Assembly (NCBI GenBank): GCA_951406725.2
Contig: OX597835.1
Span: 44,640,001-44,704,000, forward strand
Length of the DNA stretch: 64,000 bases
Reading direction: 5' to 3'
Origin: Octopus vulgaris
Taxonomy: Eukaryota
Each line of letters begins with the position of its first letter. Position 1 is the stretch's first letter. A program made the position numbers and the translations under genes. The notes below the pieces were generated by a model. That model was given only the letters and a program-made list of their open reading frames with translations. It made no database searches and was not told the origin of the DNA. Shown piece after piece: positions 55,538-64,000 of this stretch.

Positions 55538-57989
55538 TAAGACTTCTCTTAATTACGGTTTCTTTTGAAATTGTAAAGACATTCTTTTGTGGAACAAGTG
55601 AAGCAGAATATTAATGGTAATAGAACACCTTCGCTTTTACTTCCCAGAGATCAAGCAACGTACCAGAAACCTCCCTCTCATACAGTGTGAATGTTGCCAT
55701 ACCAAAAACTAATCAACACCCGATGTCGGTAGTAATATTTAATCGATTTTCGCTATTTTTTTTCTTTTTTGTTAATGCTAAATACCGAATCTCATCCTTT
55801 GTTTACAGTAGCGTACTCTGCTTCGGACTTATGGATGAAGTTTACTTCGATAATTATTTCCGATGTCAGAGAGGGAACAACCATTGATGTAGGGACAAAT
55901 ATTGCACCGATTTTCACATTCATCCATGTGAAATCCCGGAAACCTATTTTTGTTATACTAGTGTATTCTGCTTGACACGTATGAAGGAGGCTTATTTCGA
56001 TACTTCATAAGATTGTTGAAGATTACTACTGGATGTCATTTGTGATACAAGCCATTGTTGTTGGTTTATCGTATCTAGATTGATGTCCTGTTGTTACGTA
56101 TTAGAATCACGCCATTTTCAAGTTAATGCTCTCATCCTTGTAGAGGTGTTGGAAATAGTATCACTAAGATTCAATTATCTCTCTCACTTCTGCAAATTAT
56201 GCTTCTTCGATATCAAAAGAAACCATTATTGGCAGAAGCCTAGAATAAATGCTTGCCACAGGACTGAAATCTTGCCGAAGTTTGAGCTATTCAGCCAGGA
56301 AAGCATTGTCAGAATGCATATATTGCAGGTTTAATTAGAAAGGTAAACACACTGCTTTAATCCGTTGTATTCAGGTGTCCTTACTGAATGCACACGCAAG
56401 ATATTGCTATTCTGCATCATCAACCGCTGAAGAATTTTCTCTGTATATATCCACGAAATGTTAGTTTTTGCTTTTATTAGTCGTATGTATCTATGGTATA
56501 CATAGTAACGGAAAACAGGGACGATGCATTAGATCATGCAGTTACTACTGGGAAAAATTCATTTTGCCTACTTGTTTTATTTTCAACGTTGGATCCGCAA
56601 GCAAATAAGCTATAAGTAATAGCGTGTTAATGTTAGGTTAAAAAAACATTGGCTAAAAAAACGAAAGGCTGCTTGTGGGACACGGAGCCAACACTTTCGC
56701 CATAAAAAGCATCCACCCATGCGATTAATGTCGATAAAATTTCTCTATTTTAGAAATTTTATTCTTACCAGAGAGAACTGCTGCTGGGGACAAGTTTCCT
56801 TTGGAACGGTAGATCTCGAAGTAAATAAATCCAATACATGATAGTATTTATAGTTTTATTGCTCGAGATCTCAAAAAAAAAACAAACAAAAAAAAACAAA
56901 CAATTAGTGTCTCGTTCTGTCAAAGTTTATAAATTCTTTGTATGGTTATGACTAGAGTACTTTTGATCAGGGTTGATCTGTTGCTATAGAAAAATAATGT
57001 AAATAACAATAACACCTTTTAAAACAAAATCAACAGTTTTGGGAAAATGGATAACCGAATAAGTTTTTGGCAATATTTTTACAGACATTTGAAGGACAAT
57101 AGGCACACTTGGATAATTGAGAGTCTTCTTCGATGAAAATTTATCCAGCGTTGCACCTAAAAGCGCGAATAATTGTTCAGCATTAATCAATGAAGGACAT
57201 ACGAAAGCGTTAGTAATATTTTATACTATCTCCTGTTTGGTAGCATCGAAAATTTGGAACTTTGGACTAACCATGCGAAATTCAACCTTTCACATTCTTG
57301 CGTGTGGTGCGTGTAAATGTCATCGTTTCTTCCGTGAGTTCAAGAGGTTTCTCCTAACTTCACTGATCTCGTCACATTTATTGCCGTTATTAATAATCTT
57401 GTTTAGCTACATCTCATCTACATCTGTTACATGATTTAAAATGGCCCAACTGTGGCAATAAAACCATTCTGCTCATCAATATCTACAATGTTCAATGTGT
57501 CCTTCCTGTTTCTCCCAATGCTATGACCTTTGTGATTTAAGAGGGTTTTATTGACAACAAACAGCTGGTCTTGCTCCTTTGTTAGTTATTATTCCGGTTA
57601 TTGTTACACTTGCTGGAGTCGCTGCTGTTTTTGGATGTGACCTATCGTAGCTGTTGGACCTAATGTTGCTTGTGAAATTGCTACGGTTCATTTACTATTG
57701 CTGTTAGCATTTCTACTACTAATCTTTTAATCTGTTCTTCGATGGAAGAAGAGCAGATTTTCCGTGCAGCGGCTCAGAGAATAATGTCCAGGGTTTCTGA
57801 GAATAACGGGGCGAAATTATAGCAAGAGTAAAAACCTTGCGGGAAGGCAGGTAATAGCGCTGACTCCGCTTAACTACGTGCATCTGATTAATGGTGAGAT
57901 TAAAGCAAGAGATGAGTTAATATTCTCGACAACAGGCAAAAAATTATGGCGAGGAGATTCGCACGAGCAATTTTCAGTTGACGTGGAGT

Positions 57990-58048
57990 TGAAGAAGACG
58001 ACGACAATGGCAACGAAGAAGAAAAAAGAAAGCGAAGAAGGAGAAGGA

Positions 58049-58126
<78 letters not shown>

Positions 58127-58490
58127 TGATGATGATGATGCTAATAATAATAATAATAATAATAATAAGGAGAAGAAGAAGAAGAAGAAGAAGAAGGAGA
58201 AGGAGAGAAGAAGTAGAAGGAGAAGGAGAAGAAGGAGGAAGAGGAGAAGAAGAAGAAGAAAAGAAGAAGAAGAAGAAGAGAGTAAATTGAAATAGAAAAT
58301 GATGATTATGGCGATGATAATGATGTTGATGATGACTGTAATTAGTTGCAGCAGTCACAGTTGCACTGGTAGTATGAGTATCATCATCAGTAGTAGTAGT
58401 GGTACTACTAGTAGTACTAGTAGTAGTAATAGTACTTGTAGTAGTAGTAGTACCAGTGGTAATAATTATTTTTGCTGCTGCTGCTGTTGC
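57990..58490. repeat. Trinucleotide mosaic (GAA/ATA/GAT/GTA/GCT)
   Basis: Seen directly. Confidence 0.9.
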
Positions 58491-59977
58491 GGCGGCCATG
58501 GCGTTCATAAACCTTGTTATAAAATGTCTGTTCAATATTAATCCCGATGGCCGTGATAGCGAAATGACACATCCAGGTGGCTTCCAAGCATTTTTACTGA
58601 ATCATTTATTCGTACACCAAAGGTATTTTAATTAATTGTATTATGAGCTGACGAGAAAGCGTCACCGTGCTTGGGCGAAGTGCTAGAAAGGTAGCAAAAT
58701 TGCGCCTCAAATGTGCATTGCCGCCTTAATTAGCAAATTATTCATGTGATAACTTATTGTTTCGGTGCTTTCATGTATTTACAACTACGTTAATAATACT
58801 TTCTTTCTTATGCAAGCGTAGAATACACGATGCCAACTAACCCCCTACCTGCACCTTGCAACAACCTTTCTGGCAAAAGGAACGTTGTGTACAACCTTAT
58901 TTGATTTGATGCTATCAATACAAACAGGGTGAAAAGAATCACTTTTAATTACCATTTCTTCAGAGATTTCATTCCTCGCAAAATCAAATTAGGTTTCCGT
59001 GGTCTCTTATTCATGAGATCCTTGCGCTATAAACTTTGAATTACAGCTTAAGCTTTCCAGGTCGCTGTTCTAATCGAAAATATTAGGAGCTTAGAAACTA
59101 AACATCTATTGACGCTACAAATAATAACGATGAAATTGGTTTCTATCAACTGCACGTGAAGGCTACCTTATAGTACCAAGTCTTGATGGGATCTTTTTCT
59201 TCTCCTTCGTCACAAAATAATGAAGTGCTTCGACCGATTGCAACATTCAGATGACATGCTTACTCGTTCAAATATATTCAAGGATGGGCATGGCGAGACC
59301 TCTTCTCACATTACCAGAGTTGGGAGTCACGACATTTATGAAGTTGTCACGTGCTGGTTTTGTTCATATCGCAGCTCCTCTTCGCTGCATTTATTTCTCC
59401 TCAGTTTCTCTAAATTCCCAAGAAGGTCGTTTTCAAACACGAGGTTTTGAGTTCAGTCCCACTGTACAATAGCCCCATGTTCACCAATGCTTTGTAACTG
59501 AATTTGGAAGACGGCAAGTGTGTTCAAGTGTGTATACGTTATATACATTCTTTTCTTCTTTTATTATTTTTCTTGTTTCAATAATTTGACTGCGGCCATG
59601 CTGGGGCGCCTTATTTTATCCATCCGAAAGGATGAAATGCAAAACCGACTGCGGGCGAATTTGAACTATAGACGTAATGTGTTGGAAGCATTGTTTCATA
59701 ACACAAACAATGTCCACAACACTTTAAGGGGCTTAAAACCGATCCCTTTGCCCCAGAGTGAACTGAAAACCCAGCAGAAGATGAAATACACATTTCGCTC
59801 CTGCGCGACTCGTACTCGTATTATGAATCGGAACAAAAATGAATAGAAATATATATATATATACACATATATATTGCTATTCATATATATATATATTTAG
59901 TTGATTACCACTGTTTTTTTTGTGATATTTTTGTGATTATTTTGTAGCTTTAATAATAAAGTGTGTGTGTATATATA

Positions 59978-60231
59978 TTAGGAAGTTAAATATTATGGCC
60001 GGGCATAGAGTGACCATTGGTTTCGCATCTATAAGATGTTTAACAGTATAATCGACTGGTCAGATTCAAATTCAAATAGCGAAGGTGTATCACCGTTCTA
60101 CTCCTGGAGGAAGAAATACGTAACGTTCAATTCTAGAGACGTTAAAAGCATTCGGCTATTTGAATCTGACGAGTAGACTATACAGCCAAGTACCTTATAG
60201 GTATGACCGGCCATAACTTTTAAGTTCCTAA
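59978..60231. mobile_element. Diverged foldback PLE-like insert in (TA)n with an HHR motif on the minus strand (~60008-60067)
   Basis: Inverted ends TTAGGAA...TTATGGCCGG. Left arm (minus strand) reads CTGACCA...GC-GAA-ACC(AAT)GGT-C; right arm retains CTGACGA. Confidence 0.6.
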
Positions 60232-60595
60232 TATATATATTGCTGCTGTAATACTTTAGACTGTGCTTTTTCTTCGAGTATATGAACTACTGACGATATA
60301 TACCTATTACGGAATTCGCCCTCGGATAATCGAAAAGAATAAAGAACATTTTTGTTAGTTACATTAAACAACTTCTTTTATATCAATACCTTTAAATAAA
60401 ACAGAAGAGTTGGTGTATGTCACCAATATACTAGTATAATATTATTTATATTTATTTACACGCTTTATTACAGTCTCTAGATTAAGTATGATCCTGACAC
60501 TTATTTTATATGCCCATATATTGTTGTGTGTTATGATAGGCAAAGATTTTCTTCGACCTAAACGAATTTGGATTAATATTATTTGATATATATAT

Positions 60596-60950
60596 ACAAT
60601 TGCAGCGTGGAAGGTGTTTGTAAGCCATTTAAGAAACACACAAAAGCCGTTCGATTCACTTCAACATTTAAGTTTAATTTGTCAAAATATTTTCGTCGCT
60701 TTTAGACCGCGACCTGTTCACTGACAAAAATCCGTGCTCCATCTCAGATGCAGCACGGATTTTTGTCAGTGAATAGGTCGCGGATTTTAGCGACGAAAAT
60801 ATTTTGACAAATTAAACTTAAATGTTGAAGTGAATCGAACGGCTTTTGTGTGTTTCTTAAATGGCTTATAAACACCTTCCACGCTGCAATTGTTTTCGTT
60901 TCAGCACACGATCTCAGATAAAATTACTTGCTATGCGAGTACATCACCGA
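60596..60950. mobile_element. Large near-perfect foldback (60596-60893, arms ~148 bp) plus one-sided tail, in (TA)n, with a variant HHR in each arm
   Basis: Arms are reverse-complementary up to the apex at ~60745; motif TTTGTCA-GTGAA(C/T)A-G-GTCGC..GCGAC-GAA-AATATT-T-TGACAAA. Confidence 0.8.
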
Positions 60951-61338
60951 TATATATATAGATTCCATTTAATTAATCATTTTGTCTGTTACAACTTTGT
61001 TGTTGTTTTTAATTGTAATTCTTATGTAGTTGAAAAGTTAACGTTCACGCTCATAACACATAGATATTTCAATTAATATTTTTACAATCCAGCTGTTCTT
61101 TCTCACGGAATTTCGTCTGTCTTTAAACCTCACCTTTGAAGAGACTTATATAAGTGGATACGTATTGTTTATAAATCTAATAATGTAAATATCCCGAAAC
61201 AAATTGTTGGCTTTTTTGGTTGTTTAAATAATTGCTTATGTCATATTATATTATATCCACAATATATTATGTTATAACATAAATAAATTATTGGATTGTC
61301 AATTGAATATCTCTATTTAATTTATAATATATATTTAT

Positions 61339-61409
<71 letters not shown>

Positions 61410-61515
61410 ATATATATATATGTATATATATATATACACATACACATACACACACACACACATATATATATATATACATATATATATATGTGTGTTTATA
61501 TATATATGTATATAT

Positions 61516-61546
<31 letters not shown>

Positions 61547-61566
61547 TATATATATATACATATATA

Positions 61567-61612
<46 letters not shown>

Positions 61613-61630
61613 CACATACACACACACACA

Positions 61631-61683
<53 letters not shown>

Positions 61684-61687
61684 TATA

Positions 61688-62140
61688 CTCCGCGTAGATG
61701 AAACGGGGATAGTGAATGAAGGGGGATATTTTTTATGTTGTGTGTCTCGTTTCTCTGTTTTTTTTTTCGTTGTTCGTTTTCTATGTTTTTGTTTTTATGT
61801 TTTCGTTTCTCATTGTGTTCAACGTTTTTTCGATGTCCTGTACCCATATATGTATGTCCTGTACCCACCTATATATGTAGAAATGTATATATATGTACGT
61901 ACATATGCACATATTTGTATATTATTTCTATTATTATATGATGGACCGCCACGCATCCTTTTCCAAGTAAGTTTTATCTTAGTTATTTCGACGCACACTC
62001 TTCTATTAGTCCCTTTCTATTGTCCGTTATGATGTGTGGTTTGCGTCTGAAGAATATGTTTGTGGACACTCAGCATACGAAACTCTTAGTAGCGCTTGAA
62101 TACATATAATGTGAGCTTAAACAAATAAATGAATAAATAA
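61688..62140 (+). mobile_element. Putative Penelope-like pLTR fragment in (TA)n
   Basis: Contains a canonical HHR followed by AATAAA signals; a homologous fragment lies at 13333-13655. Confidence 0.65.
62043..62095 (+). ncRNA. Type I hammerhead ribozyme motif with canonical core; predicted cleavage after GUA (62091)
   Basis: Stem I GCGT/GCGC, CTGAAGA, bulged stem II TATGTTTG/CAGCATA, GAA, stem III ACT(CTT)AGT, H17 = A. Confidence 0.7.
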
Positions 62141-62934
62141 TATATATATATATGCTACATGTTTGTTGAGAATTACTGTGAATACAAAAGGCAATAACGG
62201 CACCGATTGGCGACCTTTAGGGTTTAAATGAAAATGCGGGTTACAAATGGATGGGGGCAGGTTCTGCATAATGTAAATAGGAAGAGAATTACATGAAAAT
62301 GCTCGAGAAACATGAAGATTTAAATGATCATCTCAGTAATTACCTCAGAAAATACTCAAGAATACATTAATAAACTGAAAAACAAACATCCCCACGAGAA
62401 ACCCCATGTACAGACATATGTGTGTGTGTGTGTATTGATGTGCGTTTGAGCGTATGTGTGTGTGTGCGGGTGTGCGAAACAACAGCTTTACAATAATATA
62501 TGTATAAAGCATGCATATAAGCAAGTAAGTTCACCAATGAAAAACACAAACAAACTAAACAAAAAATACCCATCAAAGACAAAACATGTGAATGAGAACT
62601 AAATATAAACTGTGAAAAAAAAAAACGCATAAAGAAATAAAACATTAAGAAATACAAGAATAACACAAATGAATAACAATAACATTAATTAATGTAAAAC
62701 GAAGAGAAAAGTAGAGATAAATACTGGGAAACAAAGCGAGCATTAAATGATTAGAAATGTAGGAAAAAAATAATTAAAGCAATCACCTACAGTAATTTTT
62801 CAAAGGAAATTAAACCGACAAACATAATAAATTGAATATTTAATTGAGCAAGACTAATTAACCTCATTGTTTTCGTACATATTCCATAGGAGCATGTATC
62901 TGCACATATGTATATATATATATATATGTATATA

Positions 62935-62975
<41 letters not shown>

Positions 62976-63149
62976 ATGTATGTATGTATGTATGCATGTA
63001 TGTATGTATGTATGTATGTATGTATGTTTGTATGTATGTATGTATACTCACACACAGAGACACAGACACATACACTCATATATATACGCATGCGTATACA
63101 AGCAAACACATGTATGCATATATATGTACTTAGGCGCATGTATTACTGT

Positions 63150-63420
63150 CTCGTTCTGACGGGTCTCTCCATGTCCATTCCAGGCAGCCTAGAAACCACT
63201 CTTTCTTTATATATGGGAACCACTCTTGATGAACAGGTCGCATCATCCGCATGGGTGATGAATGCATTCCTAGGCACATGCAAGATGGTGAGTTTACTCA
63301 GTGGAAAAGAAAAAGATAGGAAGCTGAAGGAAAGATTGATGTTTTAAAACCAAATTTGAAATGTCTTCAGTCTTAAATCACTCGAGGAAGGAATGGAAGC
63401 GTGGAAAGCTAAAAGTGTTG
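63150..63420 (+). mobile_element. Decayed RTE-like LINE 3' fragment
   Basis: GRIIRMGDECIPRHMQDGEFTQ...DVLKPNLK resembles the RTE-type GH..RM...RIP.....GEL...KD.LK motif. Confidence 0.5.
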
Positions 63421-63875
63421 AAATGAAAGAAAATCTCGTAAAAATGTGATAAACATCAATGGCATTATGAGAGCTTATCATTCTTTGTTTAGATTATTTT
63501 TGTATACAAAATTTTGCATATCCCGCGCAGGTATGAGATCGCGATAACGTGGCCATGCGGACGAGCCGTCAATAAGTATTGGGTTTTTATTCGGGATGAC
63601 CAATTCTAATGCAACGCTCGATAAAATGACATGATAGTCATGTGGGGATTGCCTCTTGAACAATCATCATATACAAGCAGCAAATAGAAGCCATGCTGAA
63701 ATGAGACATTGGTGCTCAGAAGAGATTTAAGGTCTCCCGTTAAGAATAGGCAACTACAGGTGCGAGAGGAGATCAAGCTTTGCAAGGATGAGACAGCTAT
63801 TACTTACACACACAGAGACAAGCAAACACATACGCACACTCACACAAGCACACATATATATATAGTGAGAGGTGT

Positions 63876-64000
63876 GGAGGCGCAATGGCCCAGTGGTTAG
63901 GGCAGCGGACTCGCGGTCGTAGGATCGCGGTTTCGATTCCCAGACCGGGCGTTGTGAGTGTTTATTGAGCGAAAACACTTAAAAGCTCCACGAGGCTCCG
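63876..64000 (+). mobile_element. SINE head H1 (runs off the window end)
   Basis: Near-identical to the heads at 14519 and 46483. Confidence 0.85.

Noticed and set aside
57050-57450. 105-aa ORF and surrounding complex sequence as an exon or transposase remnant
   Set aside because: No recognisable homology or splice evidence in any frame.

Overview
AT-rich, microsatellite-saturated metazoan intergenic or intronic DNA. The repeat families resemble those of octopus/coleoid cephalopods, which is an inference from recognition, not a database hit. No host protein-coding gene, rRNA, real tRNA or CRISPR array could be supported, and nearly all listed ORFs are microsatellite read-throughs. Identifiable content: (1) LINE remnants: one young, stop-free, 5'-truncated CR1-like RT (37.5-39.0 kb), a decayed Tx1/L1-like copy, RTE fragments, and many R4/Dong-like RLE fragments parked in (TAA)n tracts; (2) about 20 tRNA-derived SINE copies from several families that swap head and tail modules; (3) two non-autonomous Helitrons, two Tc1/mariner-type MITEs and a decayed mariner; (4) a 15-copy 160-bp tandem array; (5) a set of short, often palindromic inserts in (TA)n tracts carrying type I hammerhead-ribozyme (HHR) motifs of the kind known from Penelope-like elements (PLEs), including natural core variants with a compensatory 3:8 pair. 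The best candidate for something undescribed is a tRNA-headed (Pol III) SINE whose 3' part is a Penelope-type minimal hammerhead ribozyme, present in two independent copies (308-598 and 19710-19941). All ribozyme calls are by-eye structural matches and are untested.
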